64,000 bases of DNA from a virus: the IMG/VR virus record IMGVR_UViG_3300013286_000012, positions 12,546 through 76,545 of that record. One strand, given 5' to 3'. A program made the position numbers and the translations under genes. Below, one piece after another: positions 8,654 through 17,136 of this stretch (positions are counted from its first letter, which is position 1; the number at the start of each line of letters is the position of its first letter). The notes under the pieces were generated by a model, which did no database searches, was not told the DNA's origin, and saw only the letters and a program-made list of their open reading frames with translations.

Positions 8654-9931
8654 ATGTACGTTGTAGAGCGAAATGGTCGGTGGACTGGCTATTACAGGCA
8701 GGGCGGTAAACGCCTCTCTGCTGGCACATGGGCAACAAAAGTGGAAGCCGAATATCACGCCATGCAAGCAGGGGTATCGGGCGTTACAGAGCCTTCCAGA
8801 GCCGTATTTACCCTATCCGAATATCTAGAGGGCTGGTTCAAGAGTGCAGACCTCATGCCGATTACGCTTAAGGGCTATGAATCGGTTCTGAGAAGATTCG
8901 TCATGCCCGAATTAGGAGCACAGAAAGTAACTGCCATCTCAGTTCGCCAGATTTCAGAGTTACTTGCTCGCTTGCGGGCGCAGGGGGTCGGTAGCGCGAC
9001 TGTGGCGCAGGTGAAGGCATCACTAGGGTCAGCCCTATCTCGGCTCGTGGAGACTGGTGAACTGCCTGTGAACCCCACCAGAGGCATTAGGGTGAAGCAG
9101 AAGCACGCAGATATCCAGAATGTGCTTGAACCAGAAGAATTCAAAGAGATACTCAATAACTTACCAACACATGGGGCAAAGTTACTTGCCCAGTTCCTAG
9201 TGGTATCGGGTTGCAGATTTGGTGAAGCGACCGAGATGAGGGTCAAAGATATCAATTTCAAGAGTGGCGAGATATATGTCCAGAGGCGAGTGAGTGATTT
9301 GGGAGCAAGCCATACCAGTAGGTTCATGGTCATTGATGCCACAAAGTCAGGTCATAAGAGAAGCCTCACCATAAGCAAAGCCCTACTACTAGAGATTCAG
9401 GGCTATGTCACAGCAAAAGCCCTACGAAAAGATGACTTGCTGTTCTCAAGGTTACTGGTAGGTGAACAGACTAAAATAAAGAGTTCTCGTAGCACAAAGC
9501 CTTCTCGACCATTCGAGAAGGACGGAAAAAAGTTCCAGCATGGAACGCTGTACGCCTACACGCATGGCAGATGCAGATGTGAGGCTTGCTTAGGGTCGGT
9601 GCGAAAGCACAGGCAGAAAGCAAAGCCATACCAGAAGCCAAAGCCATACCAGAAGCAACATCGGTTCATCGACCAAACGAGTCACCTGCCACGAGATGTA
9701 TGGAGAACAATCTGGAACAAAGCAATAGATAAGTCCGCAATCGGTTGGAGTCCAAGAACCCATGACCTTCGGCACGCTAACGCTACCCACCTTCTAAAAA
9801 GTGGGGTAGATGTGCATGAGGTCAAGGAACGTCTAGGTCACCAGTCGATTAAGACGACAGAGCGATACTTACATCGCCTTCGTCACAACCAGTCAAAGGC
9901 ATCAGAAAGTGCCAGCGACTTTTTGGAGTGA
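8654..9931 (+). CDS. int: tyrosine recombinase/integrase with internal Zn-binding insertion
   Basis: GCRFGE (R), HDLRH, LGH, TTERY catalytic set; N-terminal arm-binding-like and core-binding regions. Confidence 0.93.
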   Translation: MYVVERNGRWTGYYRQGGKRLSAGTWATKVEAEYHAMQAGVSGVTEPSRAVFTLSEYLEGWFKSADLMPITLKGYESVLRRFVMPELGAQKVTAISVRQISELLARLRAQGVGSATVAQVKASLGSALSRLVETGELPVNPTRGIRVKQKHADIQNVLEPEEFKEILNNLPTHGAKLLAQFLVVSGCRFGEATEMRVKDINFKSGEIYVQRRVSDLGASHTSRFMVIDATKSGHKRSLTISKALLLEIQGYVTAKALRKDDLLFSRLLVGEQTKIKSSRSTKPSRPFEKDGKKFQHGTLYAYTHGRCRCEACLGSVRKHRQKAKPYQKPKPYQKQHRFIDQTSHLPRDVWRTIWNKAIDKSAIGWSPRTHDLRHANATHLLKSGVDVHEVKERLGHQSIKTTERYLHRLRHNQSKASESASDFLE

Positions 9932-10485
9932 TGATGAAACATCTACATAAGAATAAAGCAGTTGTAATTTGGGCTATAGGAGTTCTAGTGGTTGGTTTAC
10001 AGGTTGCTGGCAGTCATACTGCCGAAGCCTTGAAAGCCATACCACAAGCCCAATCACAACTATCAGAGAAAGCATTGCGTGTTAAGACCCTTGATAAGTT
10101 CCACAACGCTGACAGCCTCACCAAGACAGACTTGATGCAGTTACTTTCAGCCGTGGGATTCAAAAACAAAGCCTTACAAGAAGCATGGGCAATCGCAATG
10201 AAGGAATCTAAAGGCAATCCTCTCTCCCATAACGGAAACCGAAAGACTGGGGATAACTCTTACGGGTTATTCCAAGTCAACATGATTGGTTCAATGGGTC
10301 AAGAGCGTAGGGATAAGTTCAATTTGGATTACAACGCCAAATTGCTTGACCCTGTGGTTAATGCTCAAGTTGCTTATCACATGAGCAACGGAGGCAAGGA
10401 CTGGAGTGCATGGAAGGGAACAAAAACACCAGTAGTAAAGAGCCTCATGGCTCAGTTCCCAGACAAAGCAAAAGCAAAGCCATAG
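9928..10485 (+). CDS. lytic transglycosylase (SLT/lysozyme-like) with N-terminal signal/anchor
   Basis: AIAMKES, SYGLFQVNM, DPVVNA..AY..S.GG.DW..W. Confidence 0.85.
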   Translation: MMMKHLHKNKAVVIWAIGVLVVGLQVAGSHTAEALKAIPQAQSQLSEKALRVKTLDKFHNADSLTKTDLMQLLSAVGFKNKALQEAWAIAMKESKGNPLSHNGNRKTGDNSYGLFQVNMIGSMGQERRDKFNLDYNAKLLDPVVNAQVAYHMSNGGKDWSAWKGTKTPVVKSLMAQFPDKAKAKP

Positions 10486-10506
10486 CAAAAGCATAGGCAT
10501 ACGGGA

Positions 10507-10530
10507 AGCCCCCCTAGCAATAGGGGGGTT
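10507..10530 (+). terminator. hairpin/terminator
   Basis: CCCCCCTA-GCAA-TAGGGGGG. Confidence 0.65.
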
Positions 10531-10552
10531 ATCTCCCAGAGAAGGAGCGCAG

Positions 10553-10993
10553 ATGGACGGTAAAAACTACTTAAAATTAGCAGAGCAGTATGAAAAGCAA
10601 AGCAACAAGTCATACCAGAAGCAATACCAGAAGCCCAAACAACAGCACGAGCAACATCACAAGCAGACGCTAGGTAATGATTACAGTAAGAAGGTTGAAG
10701 AGTTACCTCTCATTGCTGAAGAAATAGATGCCTTCTTTTGGGGCAAATTAGTTCAACTTGGTTGGCGCATTGACAGCACACCACTTGAAACTTTAAATTC
10801 AACCGCCAAAATTACTCGGTTTATTTATGTATGCCCAGATTGTGATATGCCTCTTCACTTTGAAGGCTCATTACAAATAACTCCAACTAAAGCCAAGAAG
10901 ATGTGTGATGTTAGTTTGTTACAAGAAAAGTTAGTTAGACATCAAACCATAGCCAAAGATTGCAAAGCCATACCAGAAGAGGAAGCAGAATGA
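10553..10993 (+). CDS. hypothetical protein
   Basis: AAGGAG RBS; CPDC motif. Confidence 0.65.
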   Translation: MDGKNYLKLAEQYEKQSNKSYQKQYQKPKQQHEQHHKQTLGNDYSKKVEELPLIAEEIDAFFWGKLVQLGWRIDSTPLETLNSTAKITRFIYVCPDCDMPLHFEGSLQITPTKAKKMCDVSLLQEKLVRHQTIAKDCKAIPEEEAE

Positions 10994-11100
10994 AGTGCTA
11001 CGTAAAAGGTTGTCTAGAAGAAGTTAAATGGATAATTTTTATAGATGGCTCAACAGCGTGCGATGAACACGCCCCAGGAGATTACTCAACAGAACTCTAG
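10990..11100 (+). CDS. small hypothetical protein (36 aa), not in ORF track
   Basis: ATGA overlap, GAGG RBS, C..C..CDEH. Confidence 0.45.
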   Translation: MKCYVKGCLEEVKWIIFIDGSTACDEHAPGDYSTEL

Positions 11101-11109
11101 CAAAAGCAA

Positions 11110-11133
11110 AAGCCCCACCAAAAGGTGAGGCTT
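11110..11133. terminator. terminator at convergent strand switch
   Basis: AAGCCCCACC-AAAA-GGTGAGGCTT flanked by A-rich tract. Confidence 0.65.
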
Positions 11134-11156
11134 AAGCCAAAGCAATACCAGAAGCG

Positions 11157-13196
11157 TTACTGGTTATCTTTAATTAACCGTACTTCGCAAGCATCAGTGG
11201 TGCAGTAAGCCTCACCAATAGCATCAGCAGCCATTCCAGCATAGACACCAGTTAAATCAATAGGGAACAACTTCATAACTCCATCGTTCTCATATTCTTC
11301 GGCAGTAATCTGTGTGTACGGCATCTGTGGGTAAACAGCATTACCAGAAGGTAAGAATGAAACAGTCTTAAGTTGACCGTCATACATATGCAAAGCCGTA
11401 CCAATAGCCGAAGCCTCTGTTGTTGGGTCAAAAGAAATAGTTACGGAGACAGAGTTGTCTGACCAGTAGCGTTGAGCGGTAGCAGCGAGTGCCATCTTCT
11501 CGTAGATACTGACATCCTTCTCACTGCGCTTTGCTTCTGACTTGATAGGGAAGAAGACAACGCTAGTCGTATCAGGAGATTCGCTTGCTGGTTCTACTCT
11601 GTAGTTTGCCAACTTAAAGAGTGGCAGCATCGGGTCAGAGTTAGCAAAACGAATTGCACGGTTGAAGTACTCACCGCCAACAGTCCAGTGAACTCCAGGG
11701 CTCTCGCCTGCAAGAATACTTACTGTGCCTGATGGTTTAACAGTTGTCATCTTGATGGATTCACGGATACCAAGCCACTCAGAGTACGAGGTGTCATACG
11801 CCTTGATGGTCTTATATCCCTCGTCCATCCATGTGCGAAGAATTGGAAGACCACGGTTATCTGCAAAGTTTGCTACCCCTGATACAGATGTACCGATGCG
11901 ACGATTACGCTGCATGATTGCATTTGTTTCTTCCCAATGAGTTGGAAGGAGAGTCACTGTCTTTGCATACAGGTATGCAAACTTTAATGTGCGCTTAAAA
12001 TCATCTAAATCTTTGTGACGGTTTAAATACGTCTCAACCAACGTACAGCACTCATACGATTCAAGTGATTGCTCAGCACACGGGTTGTAACCAGAAATGC
12101 GCCAATCCCTGTTGTTGATTGGGTCAGAAAGTCGACCATATTGCTTTGAGATATCCATCCAAATAACTCCAGGCTCACCGTTGTGCGCAATGCCTTCAAT
12201 AATGTTATCTAAGTTGTCACCTACATTAACAGCCACAGAATTATTTGACATCCATGCCCAGCCTGGACTTGCTGGATTGTAAGAGTTTCTTTCTGGAAAT
12301 TTATCTGCGTTCTTTAAATTAAGAAACTCTTGGTCATCTATGCGACCAATTAGTAACTCTGCAGAACGACGTACATTGCCAGAAACAACGCATACGCCGA
12401 TAAGATTGCCAATATCAGCAATGTCGATTCGAGTAAGTTTTTGCCCACCGCGACCAGCAAAGATTTGAATGATGTAGTTGTGGAGTTTGATAAGAGGTTC
12501 GGGCCCTGCTGCTGTTCCGCCAAAAGTGCGAATATGCTCCCCTGCTTTGCGTATTTTCGAATAGTCAAAGACAGGAGTTTTCGTGTCTGGCTTGAGGTAG
12601 GCGTTAATGAGAAGTGCTGTTGATTCGACCCACCCCTCTCTGGTATCTGGAATGACATACGCTTCTCCTTGTTGTGGGTCGTAAATAGTGAAGTCTTTAT
12701 CCGCACCCCTATCGTCAAATCCTACTCCAACACCCAGCATGGATGCCTCCATGAGGAAAGCAAACGGTTTGGCTGGCTCAACCTTATTCATGGAGCCAGT
12801 TGATACAAAAGCACAGTTCTGCAGCGCTGCCGAGTTACGCTCCTTATTTACGATGGCTGTACCCATCACCCAGAGTCCACGACCTGGGGGTGTCCACTTC
12901 AATTCAAAAAGGCGGTCAAAGGCTTCCTTGGCAGAGGAGGCTGCCTTGGCATCAGACCATGGCAGGCGGTTAGTCTTGGCGTGGTCTTTCTGTAGTGAGT
13001 ACATTCCGTTAATGACTCTCTCGCATACGTCTGTCCACGTCTCCTTAGTACCATCTTCCTTAATACGTGAATAGGTTCTGAGAAAAGTAATCTCTCCTAC
13101 TGAATTTCCTGCTGCATCTCTGTATCCGAATGGTGCAGTCTTGCTTCTGTATGGCGCCACAAAATCTTCGGCTAACTTAAATGAGAATAATGACAT
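11157..13196 (-). CDS. nrdJ: class II (adenosylcobalamin-dependent) ribonucleotide reductase
   Basis: PPGRGLW, LQNC, GNVRRSA, NPCAEQ, TTVKPSGTVS, C-terminal CxxxxC; no beta subunit gene nearby. Confidence 0.93.
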   Translation of the reverse strand: MSLFSFKLAEDFVAPYRSKTAPFGYRDAAGNSVGEITFLRTYSRIKEDGTKETWTDVCERVINGMYSLQKDHAKTNRLPWSDAKAASSAKEAFDRLFELKWTPPGRGLWVMGTAIVNKERNSAALQNCAFVSTGSMNKVEPAKPFAFLMEASMLGVGVGFDDRGADKDFTIYDPQQGEAYVIPDTREGWVESTALLINAYLKPDTKTPVFDYSKIRKAGEHIRTFGGTAAGPEPLIKLHNYIIQIFAGRGGQKLTRIDIADIGNLIGVCVVSGNVRRSAELLIGRIDDQEFLNLKNADKFPERNSYNPASPGWAWMSNNSVAVNVGDNLDNIIEGIAHNGEPGVIWMDISKQYGRLSDPINNRDWRISGYNPCAEQSLESYECCTLVETYLNRHKDLDDFKRTLKFAYLYAKTVTLLPTHWEETNAIMQRNRRIGTSVSGVANFADNRGLPILRTWMDEGYKTIKAYDTSYSEWLGIRESIKMTTVKPSGTVSILAGESPGVHWTVGGEYFNRAIRFANSDPMLPLFKLANYRVEPASESPDTTSVVFFPIKSEAKRSEKDVSIYEKMALAATAQRYWSDNSVSVTISFDPTTEASAIGTALHMYDGQLKTVSFLPSGNAVYPQMPYTQITAEEYENDGVMKLFPIDLTGVYAGMAADAIGEAYCTTDACEVRLIKDNQ

Positions 13197-13320
13197 AACC
13201 CCTACCATTTCTATAAATTTGCAAATACCCCTCAGTGGGTTGCTTAGTATTACGCTTGGAACCCTATCAGGTATATGTTAATAAGGTGAAGTACTAAAGC
13301 CAAACTTGAGGGGCTAAACT

Positions 13321-13360
13321 CTGCTCCACCTTGCTCCACTATGTTCCACGCTACTCCACA
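13321..13360. repeat. four tandem degenerate decamers (core TGCTCCAC) upstream of nrdJ
   Basis: CTGCTCCACC TTGCTCCACT ATGTTCCACG CTACTCCACA. Confidence 0.75.
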
Positions 13361-13378
13361 CGTTGTTATCAGGTAATA

Positions 13379-14881
13379 TTATTTTTCAATAGACTCGGAA
13401 ATAATCTTGGTAACAGTCTCTTCTCGAAGCGTTTCTGGTAATTCTTTTAGCGCTTGAGCACGGTCTCCAAAGATGGCAGAAAGCACTCCACCAGAAGATT
13501 GTCGTTGCGCTGTAATCTGAATGAACTCCTTATTGGTATCCATGTCCTTAACTTGACCAACCAATTTATACAGTCTATCGATTTCTTGCGAGAGGTTAGG
13601 GTCTGCATAACCTCCATTCATTTCTTCTGCAAAACGCATAAAAGCCACTCTTTGACCCTGCATTTCAATGATTGCAGTAAGCAAAGATTTTAATTGCTCT
13701 TTAGTTTTAACTTCAATAGGAAGGTTAAACGCACACATATTGTCTGGTTTAAATGCTGGGCAATTGCTTGCAACAAAACAGGTGTTGCATTGTCGAAGAG
13801 AAGATTGTTGGTTATTGATGACTGGAACATCTTGCAAAATGTCTTTGCCGTTTTCATCTTGTTCAACTATCGTCTTCATCTTTACGCCAAAAACAGGAAG
13901 GTTCTGTATTTCTTCGGGGTCTCTTGGAACTACTTTATTGGGCTCTTGTTTCCGCACTGGCACGTCACTGTTATCAGAAGCGGGAGTTTCAAATCCCATT
14001 AAACCTGTTAAGAAGGTATCGCTATTATCAGGTAAGTTCTCACCTTTACCACCTTCAATAATATGAAAATCAGGTGTCTTCTTATCCATTGATGTCTCCA
14101 ACTGTTGGTATGACCAGACGGCAACTCTAGTCGCTTCAAGGGTACTATCTTGCACGAAGTCTAAATAGTTTAATCCAGCCTTCTCCACCATAGCCTTATA
14201 ACGGGGTCGTGCTTGGTCTTTCATTTTCTTTGGATAGCGGTTTAATTTGGTGCCATCCCAAACGATAGTCTCGCCTCGTCTCATGGGTGAAAGCCAAGAC
14301 AATGTACTGGCTGTACTAAATGGTATCTGTCTTAAATTGTCTGGCTTAGCACATCCAAGAGCATGGAACTGGGTCTTATATTGTCTGGAGTAACTTCGAG
14401 TTACGGCCGCCAAGTTAGTTACTGACTCAATCTCGTCATTAGGGATAGCCACATTCTTGTGGTCTTCGCACATCTTTCGGAGTGTTTGTTGTCCATATTC
14501 TTCATGCCAGATAACCCACAGTTTGGGGTCGTTATTGAAGAAGAAGCGCTGCTGCTCTATCCATTCATAGCCCAAAATTATTGAGTCAAATTCTAAAAAG
14601 GCTGTGGCTCGGTTTGCATTGTTGACAAGAAATTCTTGATAGTCGGCGGCTAAATCAATAAGTTCTTGTTTTGACAGCCCAGCCTTTTCAGCCTGTGGAG
14701 CGCCTGATTCAATGAAAACCTTAGTCTCTGCATCAAAGTGTTCGCTTATAAGCCAATTTTTAGTTTTAGGTAAGCCACGTTTACGGAGCCCCCAGTAGTT
14801 AAGCCCCATCGACTCAACTTTTAGTTTTTCGAGAAGGGTTCTGTTAGAGCCAACTTCAACTCCAGAAAAGATGAGATTCAT
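13379..14881 (-). CDS. TGT/DpdA-like TIM-barrel protein (degenerate) fused to Cys-rich C-terminal domain
   Basis: FIESGA (cf. DSG), FHALG, PFSTASTLSW (cf. SxDS(T/S)SW); CNTC..CP..C. Confidence 0.55.
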   Translation of the reverse strand: MNLIFSGVEVGSNRTLLEKLKVESMGLNYWGLRKRGLPKTKNWLISEHFDAETKVFIESGAPQAEKAGLSKQELIDLAADYQEFLVNNANRATAFLEFDSIILGYEWIEQQRFFFNNDPKLWVIWHEEYGQQTLRKMCEDHKNVAIPNDEIESVTNLAAVTRSYSRQYKTQFHALGCAKPDNLRQIPFSTASTLSWLSPMRRGETIVWDGTKLNRYPKKMKDQARPRYKAMVEKAGLNYLDFVQDSTLEATRVAVWSYQQLETSMDKKTPDFHIIEGGKGENLPDNSDTFLTGLMGFETPASDNSDVPVRKQEPNKVVPRDPEEIQNLPVFGVKMKTIVEQDENGKDILQDVPVINNQQSSLRQCNTCFVASNCPAFKPDNMCAFNLPIEVKTKEQLKSLLTAIIEMQGQRVAFMRFAEEMNGGYADPNLSQEIDRLYKLVGQVKDMDTNKEFIQITAQRQSSGGVLSAIFGDRAQALKELPETLREETVTKIISESIEK

Positions 14882-15369
14882 TAATCTTGCCAAAATTCTA
14901 ACGATTTAGGACTAGCAGCATCTTTGGATTTAGCAACGTTAACTCTATCAATAGCATTTTCAATATCAGTCCATTTGCGTACCTTGCTAGGTGCATCAGG
15001 GCGACGCTCTACGGCAAGATAGCCTGGGTTCATAAACATGATGGTAGGAACACCTTGCTCTTCAAATACCCATGCACACATGGATGGGTCAGAGTCAACG
15101 TAGAGTTCTACTGGAGCCTTACTACGACTTATAATGAATTGACGTTTCTTTAAATCTTCACCTTCAAGGTGGTAAGACGTGTCAATCAATTCATCATAGT
15201 TAATGATTCCGTGAGAGTGAAGCCAGTGTTTTGCATCCTCTGTATTGCGGGACGTTATGATTGCCACACGATTATTAATATTAAGGGCATAATAAAGCAT
15301 TACTCCTGCACGGATAGGTTCCCCTGTATCCGAACTTAATACGCCATCTAGTGATACGAGTACGTTCAT
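14881..15369 (-). CDS. HAD-fold phosphatase-like protein
   Basis: LVSLDGVL, IITSR, LYVDSD; first catalytic Asp replaced by Ser. Confidence 0.6.
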   Translation of the reverse strand: MNVLVSLDGVLSSDTGEPIRAGVMLYYALNINNRVAIITSRNTEDAKHWLHSHGIINYDELIDTSYHLEGEDLKKRQFIISRSKAPVELYVDSDPSMCAWVFEEQGVPTIMFMNPGYLAVERRPDAPSKVRKWTDIENAIDRVNVAKSKDAASPKSLEFWQD

Positions 15370-15375
15370 TTAGTC

Positions 15376-15894
15376 CTATCCGTTTGACTCCACAGTTGTA
15401 GCATCAATAGGTTTTACGTACGTATTGTATGCAAGAACCCAATCTTTAGAAATAGCCTTTTGTGCAGCCTTTAACGTAATGGTTCCATCACAAATTAAAC
15501 GCTTTAACTTGGTTTCAACTACGTCTTTTTTACGAGCATTGTTACCTGCGTATGGTTGAGGAAATAAATTTTTTGGGTTAGTAGGAGAACCGCCAAGTTG
15601 AAGGGATATGAGGTGGTCTTCTTCATAGCCTTTTGGGTCTGCACCCCAAACAGCAACGTAAGACTTATAATCTCCCGCTAGTTGCGTATCTTTTAATTTG
15701 TTTGTGTAAGAAACAGATGGGCGAACAATATCTGTCCAACCTGGCTTACAAATATTGTCTTTAATGTTTGCTTGTGTAACCGCAGAATTTAACGCTCCAG
15801 GAGTTACTTTAGCATTTGGTTTTACCCAATCAGGAGTTGCTCCGTACGCTGCAATGGGCGTTAGTAATAATACTATAAGTAGTGCCTTCTTCAT
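15376..15894 (-). CDS. secreted HNH-like (His-Me) nuclease-domain protein
   Basis: signal peptide; YEEDHLISLQLGG...NLFPQ...KKD.VE. Confidence 0.65.
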   Translation of the reverse strand: MKKALLIVLLLTPIAAYGATPDWVKPNAKVTPGALNSAVTQANIKDNICKPGWTDIVRPSVSYTNKLKDTQLAGDYKSYVAVWGADPKGYEEDHLISLQLGGSPTNPKNLFPQPYAGNNARKKDVVETKLKRLICDGTITLKAAQKAISKDWVLAYNTYVKPIDATTVESNG

Positions 15895-16829
15895 CCATGA
15901 CTCCTGTATGTTGCTGCTCTACGAATTAGGGTCTGAGTATCGGGCAGGTCGACGCCGTATGTGCTATCTGCTTGTTGCGCTTTGTACGCTGCCCAGTACT
16001 CAGACATCTTTTTAAGTGCAGGAACTGTGCCGTAACGTTTTCCTGCTTGCCATCTATAATTGTAAAAGTCAGAGTAACCCTGACCTGAAGTACTAAACGC
16101 AATGCGACGGGCATGATGAATATCGTCATATAGCATTGACCCTTGTATCATTGCAGATTGCAAACGCGCTTCTGCATTACGACGGGTTGCGTCGTTGCGT
16201 GCTGCGTGTAACTCTGTAATTGCGTTAGAGTAACGAGAGACAATGTCTCCCGCCATCTTTCGGTCATGCTTTGCCATCTCTTCCCACACAGCATTGTGTG
16301 GTGCACCAGTCCTTACAGGAACTACAGTCCACTCATTATGTGTAAGGTCGTAGGCTGCGTATGGGTTGATGGTACGAATGTCTGTAGCGCCAGGGTTAAC
16401 GTAAAAAGTTACTTCAAAACCATTCCAATTTTTTGTTTCTGGTTGGAGATGCTCACGAAAATCTTCATTTAACATCTTGCTAACTTCAAGGTCAGTAAGC
16501 CCCTGATATTCTGGATGTGCTTTACGGAATTGAATGTAATCAACACCAATGAGGACATCAAGGTCTGCTGGGTCCCGCTGCGCCTGCCATTGATAGGAAA
16601 CGCCAGAACCAGCAAGCCATACGGTTGTCCATAAGTCTGAATGGCGATAAGTTTCACCTAAGAAGTCATAAAGCAGATTGAGCAAACCGTTACGAATCCA
16701 CCCCTTAATTCGATGGTCATCAAACAAGGTAGGGTCTAGCGTTTCTGATGGTGCAGAGAAGTAAGACGTAGAAGACTCATGCAGGTCTACACGACCCACG
16801 TAGTTTCCTAGACCATCGTTACGATTCAT
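15891..16829 (-). CDS. Pol-beta superfamily nucleotidyltransferase
   Basis: LAGSGVS...DLDVLI and downstream EVTFYV. Confidence 0.75.
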   Translation of the reverse strand: MNRNDGLGNYVGRVDLHESSTSYFSAPSETLDPTLFDDHRIKGWIRNGLLNLLYDFLGETYRHSDLWTTVWLAGSGVSYQWQAQRDPADLDVLIGVDYIQFRKAHPEYQGLTDLEVSKMLNEDFREHLQPETKNWNGFEVTFYVNPGATDIRTINPYAAYDLTHNEWTVVPVRTGAPHNAVWEEMAKHDRKMAGDIVSRYSNAITELHAARNDATRRNAEARLQSAMIQGSMLYDDIHHARRIAFSTSGQGYSDFYNYRWQAGKRYGTVPALKKMSEYWAAYKAQQADSTYGVDLPDTQTLIRRAATYRSHG

Positions 16830-16839
16830 ACCTCATAGT

Positions 16840-17136
16840 CTATTCGACTATAGGGGTTTCTATGCCTCTATCGCTTAGCGCTTCTCTAATCTTTTCCTTC
16901 ATTTCTGAAGAAGGATTAACAGGTTGGAGCGCCTGTACGACTGCTTGTGCTACACGGTCAGCCAATAAAAAGGTTTCTACATTAGTAGCAAGTTCTTTGC
17001 TGGTGGAGTAAATATCCATGGTCGTTGCTTGGCGCTGAATTTGCTCATCTGCTGGCAGTGCGTGTGTAGTAATAGTTCCATCTAACTCAATAAGAACTGT
17101 ATATCCTGCTACTACCTTGTGTTGTTCGTCGCTCAT
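16840..17136 (-). CDS. hypothetical protein
   Basis: coupled ORF. Confidence 0.6.
   Translation of the reverse strand: MSDEQHKVVAGYTVLIELDGTITTHALPADEQIQRQATTMDIYSTSKELATNVETFLLADRVAQAVVQALQPVNPSSEMKEKIREALSDRGIETPIVE

Larger units (their letters stand above)
9623..11155 (+). repeat. dispersed 16-bp repeat, consensus AAGCMATACCAGAAGC, seven copies
   Basis: copies at 9623, 9641, 10034, 10607, 10619, 10965, 11140. Confidence 0.85.

Noticed and set aside
9623-11155. CRISPR array or DGR repeats
   Set aside because: Repeats are 16 bp, irregularly spaced and inside ORFs; no cas operon or reverse transcriptase. The Cas4-like gene sits in a recombination operon.
13200-13378. Cobalamin riboswitch upstream of B12-dependent nrdJ
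   Set aside because: No recognisable B12-box or conserved core seen.
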